Assembly: GCA_036785375.1 (NCBI GenBank)
Contig: JAWMAR010001278.1
Span: forward strand, 186,001 to 250,000
Reading direction: 5' to 3'
Source of the DNA: Leucoraja ocellata
Taxonomy: Eukaryota
Length of the DNA: 64,000 nt
Part shown: positions 46,001 through 58,496 of the stretch, in pieces
How positions within the stretch are numbered: position 1 is the first letter of the stretch
How the letters are laid out: each line of letters starts with the position of its first letter
Made by a program: the position numbers and the translations under genes
The notes under the pieces: model-generated
What the model was told of the DNA's origin: nothing
Databases searched by the model: none
The model's input: the letters and a program-made list of their open reading frames with translations, nothing else

Positions 46001-49000
46001 AATAAATAATAAATAAATAATAAAACATATTAAAAATAAAATTGAAATTGAATTAAAAATTTAACAAAAGCACAAACACAGAAAATCCACAACACAACAT
46101 AACATAAATGGCACCCAGGTGAGGAAGGCACCATAGTCCAGCCAGCCTCCCCTCCGTGTCCATCCGTGGTCGGGGCCTTCCAAGCACCCGCAGTCGCCGC
46201 CCCGGGTGGCCCGATGTTCAGGCCCTCACGCCGGGCTGGTGGAACGCCGATGCTGAACCCCGACGGTGAGCATCTTCCTCCTCAGCGGCCCGGACCTCCT
46301 GATCAGCCGTCTCCCGCTGCCGGAGTCTGCAGCTCCTGAGTCCACAGGCCGAGCTGGGCAGAGTCGCAGGACCCCGCGTTGTAGTCAGCGCCGCCCGCGT
46401 TGGGAGCTCTGCAAACCGCAGCTCCATGATGTTGGTGCAGCAAGTCCAGCACTCCGGGCTCCAGATGGCGACCCCCGGTAAGGCATCGCCAGCCCTGCGA
46501 TGTTCCAGCGCTGTCCCGCCGCTGCTGGAGCTCCAGTCGATCCCGGCAGGAAAGGCCGCGACAATCCAGGTAGGTAGGCCGCTGTGGGGGGAGGGGGGGG
46601 GGGGGGAGGACGCGACTCGAATAATAGTCACGTCCTCACCAGGAAGCGGCTGAAGTACGGTATCCCCCGCACCGTGCCCTCTTCCCCCACATAAAAACAC
46701 CAAAAAAAACCACAAAAAAATACACTTTAACATAACTAAATAAACAAAAAAACAAAAAGATACCGGGCTGTAGGTGGAGGCTGCTGGCACCAGCGCCACC
46801 GGAAGTACAAGAGTTGTTGGGGGAGTCCAGAACCAGGGGCCACAGTTTAAGAATAAGGGGTAGGCCATTTAAAACGGAGACGAGGAGAAACGTTTTTACC
46901 CAGAGAATTGTGAATCTGTGGAATTCTCTGCCTCAGAAAGCAGTGGAGGCCAATTCAATGGATGCTTTCAAGAGACAGTTAGATAGCGCTCTTAAAGATA
47001 GCAGAGTCAAGGGATATGGTGAGAAGACAGGAACGGGGTACTGAATGTGGATGATCAACCATGATCACATTGAATGGCGGTGCTGGCTCGAAGGGCCGAA
47101 TGGCCTACTCCAGTACCTATTGTCTATTGTCTTGAATCTTCTCTGCACTCTTTCCAGCTTTCTTCCTAGAGCAGTGTGACTAAAACTGGACGCAATACCT
47201 CAAATGCGGTCTCACTAACGTCTTGCACAACAACTAGAAACTAACATCTGCGGCAGGCAAGATATCATTGAGTCATAGTGACATTGCATGAAAACAGGCC
47301 CATATCCGTGTGAACATCCTCTCACAGAGTTATAGTGATACATTGTGGAAACAGGCCCTTTGGCCCAACTTGTCCACACCAGCCAACATGCCCCAGCTAC
47401 ACTAGTCCCACCTGCCTGAATCTCTCCCTGCACTGGAGACCCGACCTTTTCTCGTCGGGTCTCAGTCGTCGTTGAGGCCGTAACGAGGAGCGGCCTCCAA
47501 CAGGAAGAGACCGGGGACTCAGGTGTCGACTCACCGTTGCCGTCGCGGAGCTGGCCGAGTCCGGAGCGGTGGAGGAGCGCTGCTGCTGCTGCTGCTGATG
47601 CTGTTGCTGCTGCTGCTGCTGCTGCCGGAGAGTCGGAGGCTCTCTACAGGTCTGTGGACGACGGCGCCGGGAGCCCACGGCTCCCTGGGGGGAGACCGCT
47701 TTTCGGGGCTTCTGCGGCGGCGACTTCTCCCGCCCGAGTTGCGGGGTCGAAGAGCTCCTGGAGCGGGGCCTGACACCACTGCCCCGCGCGGCTGGAATGG
47801 CCGCGGACTCTGCGAGCGCACACCGGGGGCTCCAACATCAAGACCCGGTGTGCGACCTCGCACCACCCGGCGTGGCTTTAATGGCCGCGGGACAATCGCC
47901 ATCGCCAGCCGGGGGCTTTGACTTTGACTCTGACATCGGGGGGGGGGGGGGGGAAGAGTGCAGTGGAGAGAGAAGTTTATTTGGCCTTCCATCACAGCTA
48001 TGTGATGGATGTTTATGTTAAATGTAATTATGTCGTGTCTGGGGTCTATTTGTGTGTAATGTCTGGCTGCAGAAACGGCATTTCGTTTGGACCTCCAGGG
48101 GTCCAAATGACAATTAAATTGACTCTTGACTCTTGACTCTTGACTGTGCTTGGTTCATATTCCTGCAAACCAGTCCTATCCATGCACCTGTATAACTGTT
48201 TTGTAAATGTTGGGATAGTCTCTGCCTCAACGACCTCCTCTGGCTGCACATTCCATACACCCACCACCCACTGTGTGGAAAAGTTACCCCTTAGATTCCT
48301 ATTAAATCTTTTTCCCCACACCTCAAACCTATTTTTTCTGATGTTCGATTCCCCTACTCTGGGCAAGAGACTCTGTGCATCTACCCGATCTAATCCACTC
48401 ATGATATATACACTACTATAAGACTACGTTACAGTTTAGTTTAATGTCATGTTTACCCAGCCACAGTGAAAAGCTTTTGTTGTGTGCTAACCAGTCAGTG
48501 TACAGACCATACATGATTACAATCAAGCTGTTTACAGTATTTAGATACATGATAAGGGATCTGGTGTGAAAACGCACATCTCCAGATTCAGGGACAGTTT
48601 CTTCCCAGCTGTTAACAGGCCATTCTACCACAATTAGGGAGCAGTCCTGAACTACTATCTACCTCATTGGTGACCCTCGGACTATTTTTGATCAGACTTT
48701 GCTGGCTTTACCTTGCACTAAACCTTATTCCCTTTGTTCTGTATCTGTACACTGTGGACAGCTCGATTGTAATCATGTATTGCCTTTCCGCTGACTGGAT
48801 AGCACGACACAAAAGCATTTCACTGTACCTCGTTACACCTGACAATAAATTAAACTGTAAAAACTGAAAACACACCTCTTGTTTTTACAGATAAAGGCTT
48901 CAGTATTTGGAAGGCAGTTTTGCTTACAGCAGGGATAATACTGATGGCTGTGCTAGCTGGATTCATCATCTACAAGTATATACTGCGGTAAGTTTAAATA

Positions 49001-51461
49001 AATCCACATTTTTACTTCCAAATCCATCTCTTTGTCATCTGCTTATGACTGCTTCTGCCAGGCTAACTCCTGTTCACAGACACAAAGTGCTGGAGTAACT
49101 CAGCGGGTCAGGCAGCATCTCTGGAGAACATGGACAGGTACAAAGTGCTGGAGTAACTCAGCAGGTCAGGCAGCAACTCTGGGGATTCAGGAATAGGTGA
49201 CATTTCGGGTTGGGACCTTCTTCAGACTGAAAGGTTGAGAAAGTTAGAACAAATCAGACCCAGCGACAGATGGCCTTTTGACTGTTGTGAGCCGTTTTGG
49301 GCCCCATATCTGAGGGAGAATGTGTTGTCTCGGGAGAGGGTCCAAAGGATGTTTACGAGAATTATTAACATATGATGAGTGTTTGACACTTACTGGGCCT
49401 GTACTCACTGGAGTTTAGAAGGATGAGGGGGGGACCTCATTGATATTTAATGAATAGTGAATGGCCTGGATAGAGTGGATGTGGAGAGGATGTTTCCACT
49501 AGTGGGAGAGTGAGTTTAGGACCAGAGGCCACAGCCTTAGAATTAAAGGACTACCTTTAGGAAGCATAGTAGGAGTTTCTTCAGTCATAGGGTGGTGAAT
49601 CTGTGTAATTCTTTGCCACAGAAGGCTGTGGAGGCCAAGCCAATCAATATGTTTAAGGCAGAGATAAATAAGTTATTCATCAGTACGGGTGTCAGGGGTT
49701 ATGGGGAAAAAGGCAGGAGAATGGGATTAGGAGGAAGAGTTAGATCAGTCATGATTGAATGGCAGAGTAAACTTGATGGGCCGAATGACTTCATTCTGCT
49801 CCTATCATTAATAACCTCACGACTTTATGACCAACGTCTAATACAACTGCAACTTTATACTTGGACTTTGCTGATGTGCTGTAAACTTGGTTTGATCTTC
49901 TGTTGCTGCAGGAGGGAAGATGCTTCAGGAAACCAAGACACCAATGTGATCTACTGCCCACAATCTGCCACCAATCAGGTAGTGGAACTTTGTATTTAAT
50001 CTCAACTACAGATGATACAAACGTGGGTACAAAAAGCTGGAGTAACTCAGTGGAACAGGCAGAATCTCTGACGAGAAGGAACAGGTGATGTTTCGGTCGA
50101 GACTCGAGGGGCCTGAGCTACAGGGAGAGGTTGAGGAGGCTGGGACTCTATTCCTTGGAGTGCAGGGGGATGAGGGGTGATCTTATAGAGGTGTATAAAA
50201 TCATGAGAGGAATAGATCGGGTAGATGCACAGAGTCTCTTGCCCAGAGTAGGGGAATCGAGGACCAGAGGACATAGGTTCAAGGTGAAGGGGAAAAAAAC
50301 CTGCGGGGTTACTTTTTCACACAAAGGGTGGTGCGTGTATGGAACGAGCTGCTGGAGGAGGTAGTTGAGGCTGGGACTATCCCAACGTTTAAGAAACAGT
50401 TAGAAAGGTACATGGACCAAGCGCAGGCAGGTGGGACTAGTGTAGCTGGACATGTTGGCCGGTGTGGGCAAGTTGGGCAGAAGGGCCTTTTTCCACAATG
50501 GATGACTCTATATAGATGATGATGTAGAGAGAGATAAAGAACAATGAATGAAAGATAGATGTAAACAAAGTAACGATGATAAAGGAAACAGGCCACTGTT
50601 AGTGGTTTGTTGGGTGAAAACGAGAAGCTGGTGCGACTTGGGTGGGGGAGGGATGGAGAGAGAGGGAACACAGGGCTACCTCAAGTGAGGGAAATCAATG
50701 TTCATATCACTGGGCTGTAAGCTGCCCAAACGGAATATGTGATGCTGGTCCTCCAATTTGTGTTTAGCCTCACTCTGTCAATGGAGGCGACCGAGGACAG
50801 AAAGGTCAGTGTGGGAAGGGGAATTAAAGTATTTAGCAACCGGGGGTATGAATATTGATTTATCTAACTATGTGAGAGTGTGTGAGTGTGGGAGTGGGTG
50901 TGAGAGAGAGAGAAAGTTGGAGAGAGGGGGAGACGGGGCGAGAGAGGGAGAGAGAGAGAGTGGGTGAAACTGCGAGTGTGAGAGACACAGTGCCTGAGTG
51001 TGAGCGAGTGAGAGAAAGAGGAGAGGGAGAAAGGGGGAGAGAGAAAGTGTGAAACTGCAAGTGAGAGGAGAGGGAGAGGGAGATAGAGTGAGAGAGGGGG
51101 AGAGAGAAGGAGAGCGAGTGTGTGTGAGAGGAGAACATCAACAACATGGCTGAACCTGGGTCTGTGGGAGTACAGGAGTTGTGAACCTTCTCACTGATGG
51201 TATTAAATGCCGGGCCACACTGCTCTGTACTAAACCCACAACTGCCCGTCTGCTTCCCTTTCCTTCCAGGACGCGGGGAGTGGAGAGAACGGGCCGGCCC
51301 CAGTGGAGCGGAAAGAAGGGGGGGAATCGGGAGAGGGGGAAGAGCAAGCGGTCGTGTACGCCAAACTGCAGGAGGTGCTGAGCAGCGGAGACACCGGGCA
51401 CAGTGGCGAGGGGGTGGAATACGCGGAGCTCTGGTTCCAGTCCAAGCAGGGGAAGGGGTAG
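31031..51461 (+). CDS. Siglec-family (MAG/CD33-related-like) inhibitory receptor; join(31031..31070,31374..31736,32193..32486,37012..37305,48891..48987,49912..49978,51270..51461), 448 aa if the dead exon 33355-34072 is skipped
   Basis: All listed exons have AG/GT boundaries and compatible phases, and the 1347-nt join is open. Architecture: SP-V-C2-(dead C2)-C2-TM-ITIM-ITIM. Confidence 0.8.
31104..31238 (+). repeat. 33-bp G-rich VNTR (4 copies) in the intron after the signal-peptide exon
   Basis: TGATGCACTGGGGGAGGGGCGGTGAGGAGGGAG at 31108, 31141, 31174 and 31207. Confidence 0.9.
31374..31736 (+). CDS. Siglec V-set (sialic-acid-binding) exon
   Basis: EWSA..GLCARIPCNYSYP..GIWF..RTRLSGDL..NDCSLVI..DEGRYFFRVE..YSF: Siglec Cys pattern, essential F-strand Arg and G-strand aromatic. 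Confidence 0.93.
32193..32486 (+). CDS. Siglec C2-set domain 2 exon
   Basis: DFTDKPTIF..GKPVDMTCFFTTTCDGPAPTLTW..SVLSLTPALKHHGQNLTCRV; carries the extra Cys for the interdomain disulfide. Confidence 0.92.
33355..34072 (+). pseudogene. Disabled Ig C2/I-set exon (domain 3) of the Siglec-like gene
   Basis: YAPQNLSI..IKEGNSAAILS(S)LQSFPASNLMWRH / frameshift / GVTLNTTCSSNELWMDI [CR1 33540-33977] PQLTGKDAGVYQCVAENEHGTAERDVTLTVE. The B-strand Cys codon is AGC. Confidence 0.85.
33540..33977 (-). mobile_element. 5'-truncated CR1 inserted inside the Siglec Ig exon
   Basis: RLGLYLPEFRRMRG..FTQRVVNLWNSLP plus CATAGAAA-type tail; same family as 14770-15200. Confidence 0.9.
34868..35783 (-). mobile_element. 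Penelope-like (Neptune-type) element 3' portion
   Basis: Cys-rich linker CNRKKCNTCP, then NLIYCIRCSRCQLIYIGETKRRL (GIY-YIG), and a terminal repeat with a hammerhead-like core near 34933-34961. Confidence 0.85.
37012..37305 (+). CDS. Siglec membrane-proximal Ig exon (MAG domain-5-like)
   Basis: YAPVISRDSGCTHTPESVTCVCAARCNPPGELTW..GSLTLRG..AVCSVRNRHG; ctccag and gtgag boundaries. Confidence 0.9.
37885..40817 (+). mobile_element. CR1 LINE split by a Helitron
   Basis: Degenerate RT at 37960-38392 resumes at 39660 (FDKVPH) and runs through the 3' tail. Confidence 0.85.
38393..39659 (-). mobile_element. Complete non-autonomous Helitron with internal minisatellite
   Basis: Minus strand: A|TC start; 3' hairpin GGGACCC-AAT-GGGTCCC, then ACTTAGT-CTAG|T; no TSD; the host CR1 rejoins across the site. 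Confidence 0.85.
41797..44745 (+). mobile_element. CR1 LINE (end of APE through RT and tail) with an internal insertion
   Basis: GDFNFPHIDW..LDLLL..SSDH (APE); KSPGP, NYRPVSLTS, GVPQGSVLGP, YADDT; C-terminal FFTQRVV. Confidence 0.9.
45886..46814 (-). mobile_element. Non-coding GC-rich retroposon (SINE-like or deleted LINE)
   Basis: Interrupts a CR1; (GAATACAA)n tail preceded by AATAAA on the minus strand; no RT ORF. Confidence 0.6.
47419..48143 (+). mobile_element. Non-coding GC-rich retroposon with a (CTG)n tract
   Basis: (CTCTTGA)n tail, 3-bp CTG duplication; absent from the paralogous segment at ~41100. Confidence 0.65.
48891..48987 (+). CDS. Siglec-like transmembrane exon
   Basis: DKGFSIWKAVLLTAGIILMAVLAGFIIYKYILR; tttttacag and gtaagt boundaries; no charged residue mid-TM. 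Confidence 0.85.
49912..49978 (+). CDS. Siglec-like cytoplasmic exon 1
   Basis: REDASGNQDTNVIYCPQSATNQ; phase 2 to phase 0 fits both neighbours. Confidence 0.75.
51270..51461 (+). CDS. Siglec-like terminal exon with two ITIMs
   Basis: DAGSGEN..EQAVVYAKLQEV..EGVEYAELWFQSKQGKG*; ccttccag acceptor. This frame is absent from the ORF track. Confidence 0.88.
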   Translation, partial: DAGSGENGPAPVERKEGGESGEGEEQAVVYAKLQEVLSSGDTGHSGEGVEYAELWFQSKQGKG

Positions 51462-51972
51462 GTGGGAGGATGGAGGGAGGGGCGGTGAGGAGGGAGGGGC
51501 GATGGGGAGAGAGCGCTGCACCAGCCTTAACTACCTTGGGTTTCATAGATTAATTAACCCTCTGTAGATGAAATAGTGGGATAACATAGAACTAGTGTGT
51601 GAACGGATGACCAATGGTCGGTGCGGACTCGGTGGGCTGAAGGGCCTGTTTCCCCGCTGTATCTCTTTAAAAAAGCCTTTGTTTCTTTAGAACAGACTGT
51701 TCCGCGGGTAACTATTAACATTGACAATAATTGCTTCTATCAAATGGTAGTCTGTTAAACACAGTCTTTACCTGCAGTTACAAAATCCACTCGTAGCTAT
51801 TAAATGAAGACCTTTATTTTTTGACAATCTTGTGGGATTGTTGCTAATGCTATTCTGAAGCTCTTGCTCTTGTAGCACCATGTTCTATAACAAGTTTCAT
51901 AGCAAGCAGCTCTCTGTGTGGCATTGGTGAGTAATAATAATAATGAAATGCAGACGCTGGAAATCTGACAAA

Positions 51973-52655
51973 GGGTGGCACGGTGGCGCAGCGGTAGAGT
52001 TGCTGCCTCACAGCGCCAGAGACCCGGGTTCGATCCTAACTACAGGTGCTGTCTGTGCGGAGTTTGTACGTTCTCCCCGTGACCTGTGAGGGTTTTCTCC
52101 GGGATCTTCGGTTTCCTCCCACACCCCACAGATGGGCTGGTTTGTAGGTTAATTGGCTTGCTGTAAATGTACATTGTCCATCCTTACCCACCACACCACC
52201 TCCAGGTCCCACAGATCGGCAGACTTGGGGTTACTGAACATCCCGCGGTCTAGGCATAAGCTCAGGGGCCACCGTGCCTTTGCGGTTGCAGCCCCTAGAC
52301 TGTGGAACAGCATCCCTCTTCCCATCAGAACTGCCTCCTCCATCGACTCTTTTGAGTCGAGACTTAAAACTCATCTTTACTCTCAAGCCTTTCTTGACAT
52401 CCCCTGAGGGAGGGCTATATGTATGTATTTATGTATGTACTTAATCTATGAACCACCGTTGTATAACGTTAGTACCTCCACCAATGTAAAGCACTTTGGT
52501 CAACGAGAGATGTTTTTTAAATGTGCTATAGAAATAAAAGTGACTTGACTTGACTTGACTGGGTGTGTGTAGTGTGCGGGGATCGCTGGTCGGCGCTGAC
52601 TCGATGGGCCGAAGGTCCTGTTTCCGCGCTGTGTCTCTAAACTACACTAAACTGA
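51973..52655 (+). mobile_element. HE1/V-SINE split by an L2-like 3' fragment (~52172-52560)
   Basis: A box TGGCGCAGCGG and B box GGTTCGATCC; insert reads GHRAFAVAAPRLWNSIP..LKTHL with a (GACTT)n tail. Confidence 0.8.
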
Positions 52656-53946
52656 AACTAATCAGTCATGGTCATCTAATAGTGGAGCAGGTGCAAGATT
52701 AATCCTGATACTATTTTTATATCATTACATGTTTTCTGCAGAGGATTTGGATTTGTTGCATTTGTAAACAAAGAGATTAAAATGCTGAACCATTACAGTC
52801 ACACGTCTCAGAATTATGTTTTACACATCTCTTTTATTTGATTTTTGTTTCCTAATTTGAGGAAGGACATTCTTGCTATTGAGGGAGTGCAGCGTAGGTT
52901 CACCAGGTTAATTCCCGTGATGGCGGGACTGACATATGTTGAAAGAATGGATCGACTGGGCTTGGATTCACTGGAATTTAGAAGGATGAGAGGGAACCTT
53001 ATAGAAACATATACATCCTTAAGGGATTGGACAGGGATGCAGGGAAAATGTTCCCGATATTGGGGGGAGTCCAGAACCAGGGGTCACAGTTTAAGAATAT
53101 GGGGTCAGCCATTTAGGACTGAGATGAGGAAAATCGTTTTCACCTAGAGAGTTGTGAATCCGGGAATTCTCTGCCACAGAAGGCAGTGGAGGCCAATTCA
53201 CCTGATGTTTTCAAGAGTTAGATTTAGCTCTTTGGGCTAACGGAATTAAGGGATATGGGGAGAAAGCAGGAACGGGGTACTGATTTTGGATAGTCAGCCA
53301 TGATCATATTGAGTGGCGGTGCTGGCACGAATGGCCGAATGACCTACTCCTGCACGTATGTTCTGTGTCTTCGCTGTGTCTCTAAACTAAACTAAAGCTT
53401 TACGATTACATTCCCGTCTGAATATCTTGTAAAAGTCGCGATTGTGTCCTTTCGAAAGATTCAATTTTTTAAATTTCAAAATATACTTTATTTGAGAAAT
53501 AAATCTATCCAATAGTTGGTCGTTACAAGACTCCATCAAACATTCTTGATGGCTATACATACTTTCAATAATGTTTACACAAATTACACAAATTTATCCC
53601 CCACCCTTGCCACTCATGTGGCCCACTGGCATGGAATCCCTTCCCATATTTTTGAGGGGCGTCTCCACCACACCCTGCCCCCCATGTCCAGCAGCGGAAG
53701 GACCCTAGACTGTGGTCCTCCATCACTGAGAATTTTTTTAATATCAAAAAATGTAATTAATTATTAAAAATAATATTTACAATACAATGAAACAAACCAG
53801 ATCCCACCCCCATAATGCAAGACCAACAAATATACTAAATAAACGACTATACAACTATGTTACAATCCTTGTCAAGGATGCATTCCACCCCCCGCCGTGC
53901 CCAACGGTGCGGCAAATCCCCCAGGTTGCCCGTAGACAGTGTGTAG

Positions 53947-54342
53947 CAAAGATCCTACAGCGAGCAAGATCGTCCACTCGACCAAAAGACATAGTACGGT
54001 CATGGGCAGATTCATGGGTAATTTAAGGCCCCATTCCTGTAACCGGCTTCCGTCTCCGCACCACAGATCCCATAGGATAATAGTGCGATGACGGAAGCCG
54101 GTTACGGAAACATCCTCGTAAAAATAAAAGTTAGTTGGTAAAAATCTTCTCATTTTCAGAATTTTAATGTATTAACACAAACTGATCCCCCGCAGCGTTG
54201 ATTACACTGCGAGTCGGGTCGGGTCCGGTTACGGAAATGGATGAAAAAAAGGCCCACGTTCCGTTCCGTTCCGTTGCGTATTACACGTCAGCCCATTGCA
54301 TTTAGCAGGAGTGGTTTATCTTGTTCCGCCATAGGATCTTTG
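53947..54342. mobile_element. 396-bp MITE, same family as 23446-24843
   Basis: Ends CAAAGATCCTA...TAGGATCTTTG; 8-bp TSD GTGTGTAG; subterminal inverted repeats at 54032-54046 and 54225-54239. Confidence 0.88.
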
Positions 54343-55396
54343 GTGTGTAGTCCCTCTCTAACACCACCCGGGCACGGACGTAACCCCGGAAAAGGGGCAG
54401 GCAGCTGGCTCGGGCAGAGCCCTCTTCTGCCTGACCCAGTGACTTGAGGATGGCCAGCATGGTCAGGCCCAGGAGCAACTCAACCAGGACATCTTCAGCC
54501 CTACCCTCTCCCCCATGCACAGGGTGTCCAAAGCTGAGGATGGTGGGGGAGAAATGCAGCCAGAAGGCAAGTAGCAGCAGCTTTAGATATTGGAACAGGG
54601 GATGCAGCCTCACATACACACACGTGGTTCACAGATTCTTCCAGCCCACAAAAGTGGCAGGCGGCTGGTGAGTCTGTGAACCGCGAGAGAAACAGGTTGC
54701 AGGGGACTCCGGTGCAATACCCTGCACCCCAGGTCCCCGATGTAGAGGGGAGAATCCCTGCGTAGAGGGACCCCCCCCCCCCCCACCGAGCCTTGGCGTT
54801 GGCTACACCAAGCTTCAGTAGGTCCCTTCAGCACGTACTCCTGCAGTCTGCAGCGGGCCAGTCAGCAACATTCTCCGACAGACATCCCGCTCCGCTGGGT
54901 GGTCAACAAAGCTCGTGCAGACCAAAGGGCGTCTTTCACCGAGTTGATGACCTTCCAGCAGCACTCGATGTCAGTCTCTGAATGTGTCCCTGGGAACAGT
55001 CCGTAAATCACAGAGTCCTCTATGACAGAGCTGTTCAGAATAAATCGTGACAGGGACCCTTGCAAACCTCTCCAGACTGTCTTTGCAAATCCACACTCTG
55101 CAACGAGGTGGGCAACCGTCTCCTCTCCATAGCAGCCGTCCCAAGGGCAGCGTGCGCTGGTAGTGAGGTTCCGACGGTGCAGGAAGGATCTGACTAGGAG
55201 GGCTCCCCTCACCGCCAGCCAAGCCAGGTATTGGTGCTTGTTGGTGAGTACTGGCGATGAAGCATTTCGCCAGACAAGCTGGGCATTCTGCTCTGGGAAC
55301 CACACCACAGGATCCATGGAGTCATTTCGCTGCAGTGCCTGCAGGTCGTTCTGTGCTGACCACTGCCCGATGGACTTGTAGTCAAAGGTGTTGGTC

Positions 55397-56636
55397 AACG
55401 GCAATAGTGAATAATCCTTCATTTAAACCATCTCTTATCAATAAAACATAACCAATGGGAAAGAATGGGAATTAAAAGGATCAGCGATATGTATGAAATG
55501 GGAACTCTGTTATCATTCCAACAATTACAATTAAAATTTGTTGAAAAATAGCCAATATTTTAAATATCTTCAGATCTGCGATTTCATGAACAAATATATA
55601 CAAAGACATCAAACTATAATTTTAGACCCACTGGAAGAAGCAATGAATATTAAGGTTGACTCACAGAAATTAATATCATATTTATATAATTGTATTTTAA
55701 GTATAGAACTACCATCGACAGAGAGAAGATTGAGAACGAGAATTATTGATAAAAATCATGAAAAAAACGGTATTTGATATATATATACATGAATGTTCGA
55801 TGAATGCAAGACATAACTTAATTCAATTCAAAATTTTACATAGATTATATTATTCAAAAACTAGACTGAATACATTTTATCCAAATACTTCTCCTATTTG
55901 TTACAAATGTTTATCTCAAAATGCCACTATAACACCTTCTTTTGTTTCCTGCATAAATCTCCATAAATTCTGGAGCGATATTTTTGATATATTTACAAAA
56001 TTATTCAAGATAAATATGGAGCCTAACACTGAAATGATTATACTTGTAGTAATGGGAGACTGGAATAAATTGAACACATTTCAAAACTCATTTTTTAATT
56101 ATGGGTTAAAAATAGCAAAAAAACCTATACTTAAATTTTGGAAAAATACACCCATACCAACGCTTAAAATGTGGATTATAAACATGTTGGACACAGCACA
56201 TCTTGAAGAAATGCGATTCCTCCTAACAGATAAACCAGACCAATTCATAACGAGTTGGCCTCCATTTATCGACTTCTTGGAAGCATATGGTGCAACACAA
56301 TCGTAAAAACCAATAGTTTCAGGACTGGGTGAAGGATGGTAAAGAATATAAATACCTATCTCCTATCTTCTACTTTCTACTCTTTCGCTCTCTTTTTTTT
56401 AATTTTATTTATTTATTTATCTTTTTTTTCCCTCCTCACTTTCTCTCTCTTCCTTTTTCTTTTTCACACACCATACATCACATGTTTTTCTATTTCCTAT
56501 TATCTACTCTCTCTTTCTCTTTTATTATTATAAACAAAATGAAGCTGTACATAAAATTTAACATGCAAATATATATTTGGCACCTTAAGGTGCCACATTA
56601 CTGTACTTACTTCAAATAAATATATTTAAAAAAAAA
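55397..56636 (+). mobile_element. 5'-truncated L1-clade LINE with poly(A), nested in Tx1
   Basis: LIQFKILHRLYYS..CYKC; AATAAA plus A-tail; TSD GTGTTGGTC (55388-55396, 56637-56645). Confidence 0.85.
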
Positions 56637-58496
56637 GTGTTGGTCTGGAAGAACCTTTCCACAAACGACAGATGGTGCACAATGTCCAGCTGACTGGCTT
56701 ATTTCATGGCATCTGCCCCAGGCCCATCCTTCGCAACACCGGGGACAGGTAGAACCTCAACAGGTAGTGAAACCTGGTGCCCACGTGCCTTGGCTCTACG
56801 CTCCGCCTGATGCAGCCACACACGAAGGTGGCCATCATGGTGAGGGCGACGTTGGGCACGCTTTTACCCCCTTTGTCTGCCAACTTGTATATTGTGGCCC
56901 GTCGCACCCGGTCAATCCTCGAGCCCCAGATGAAGTGGAAGACGGCCCGGGTGCTCCCTGTGGCGTAGGAGGGAGGGACAGGCCACACTTGCGCCAAGTA
57001 CAGCAGCCCCGAGAGCACCTCACACCTGATGACCAAGTTCTTTCCCGTTATAGAGAGTGCGCGTTGTTTCCACAGCTTCAGTTTCTTCCCAACCTTGGCT
57101 ATCACTCCAGCAAAATCTTGTCACATGCCTCAGCCCCCACGAACCAGATCCCCAGCACCTTCAGGCTTGATGGTGAAGGGGACGGAAGATCGGTCGGGCC
57201 AGTTGCCAAAGAGCAAGGCCTCGCTCTCCTTGCGGTTCACCCTGGCTCCCGTGGCCGACTCAAACTGGTCGCAGATGCTGATCAATCTGCGGACCGACCC
57301 TGGATCCGAGCAGAAGATGGTGACATCGTCCATGTACAGGGAGGTTTTGACCCGAGTGCCCCCACTGCCTGGCAATGTCACTCCTCTTATGCTCGCATCC
57401 TTGCTGATGGACTGGGCAAAACCGTCAATACAACAGACGAACAAGACAGGGGAGAGAGGGCAACCTTGCCTGACTCCAGACCTGACGGGGAAACTGTCTG
57501 ATTCCCACCCATTGATTTGGACAGCACTACAGATATCGGTGTAGAGCAGTTAGATCCAATTCCTGATTCTCTTCCCAAAGCCCATTTTGGAGAGCACGTC
57601 CCTCATGTACATGTGCGATGTCCTGTCGAAGGCCTTCTCCTGGTCCAAGCTGACTAGGCAGGCATCCACCCGTCTGTACTGCATGTAGGCGATGGTATCT
57701 CTCAGCAGCGCCAGGCTCTCTGAGATTTTCCTGCCAGGTACAGCATAGGTTTGGTCCGGGTGGATCACCCATCCCAGGGCAGTCTTGACCCGGTTGGCGA
57801 TGGCCTAAGACAGGATCTTGTAATCAACATTCAATAATGTGATGGGTCTCCAATTCCTTATATCATTCATCTCCTCCTTCTGCTGTAGATTAGGGTGATG
57901 CTGCCCTTCCTCATAGAGTCTGACATGCTGCCGGCTAGAAGCATGTGGTTGTACACTTCCAGCAGGTCCGGGCCCACCCAGTCCCACAGAGCCCAATACA
58001 ACTCGGCTGGTAAGCCATCGCTTCTGGGAGTTTTATTAGATTAAATGGAACGGATGGATCCAGTCAGCTCCTCTATGGTCAGTGATTGTTCCAGACTCTC
58101 CCGCTTACTGTCCTCCAAGACCTCCGTGATGGAGGACAGGAAGTTCTGGGAGTCGGTGCTGTCTGTGGCCTTTCTGTCGCACAAATCCGTGTAAAAGGAT
58201 GTGCAGATCCTCAGCATGTCCGTCTGTGAGGATGTTACCGAGCCGTCCTCCTCCCTAAGGCTGTTGATCACAGAGCTCCCCCTGTGAACCTTACGGAAGA
58301 AGAAACGTGAGCACGTCTCATCCTGCTCCACATGGCGGACCCTGGATCAGAAGATGATCGTGGGGGATTCACAGGTAAAGAGACAAGTTTGCCGGACCTT
58401 CAACTCTCTAAGTTCCTCCCTCACATCCCCCCCTCTCGACTGCAGAAGGAGCAGTTGCTACAAATCTGTCTGGAGTTGACACAATTCCCTCTGACA

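Noticed and set aside
47397-47678. Poly-Q ORF
   Set aside because: (CTG)n tract inside an inserted retroposon; no exon context.
51973-52040. tRNA gene
   Set aside because: A/B boxes are the head of a SINE and continue into the SINE body.
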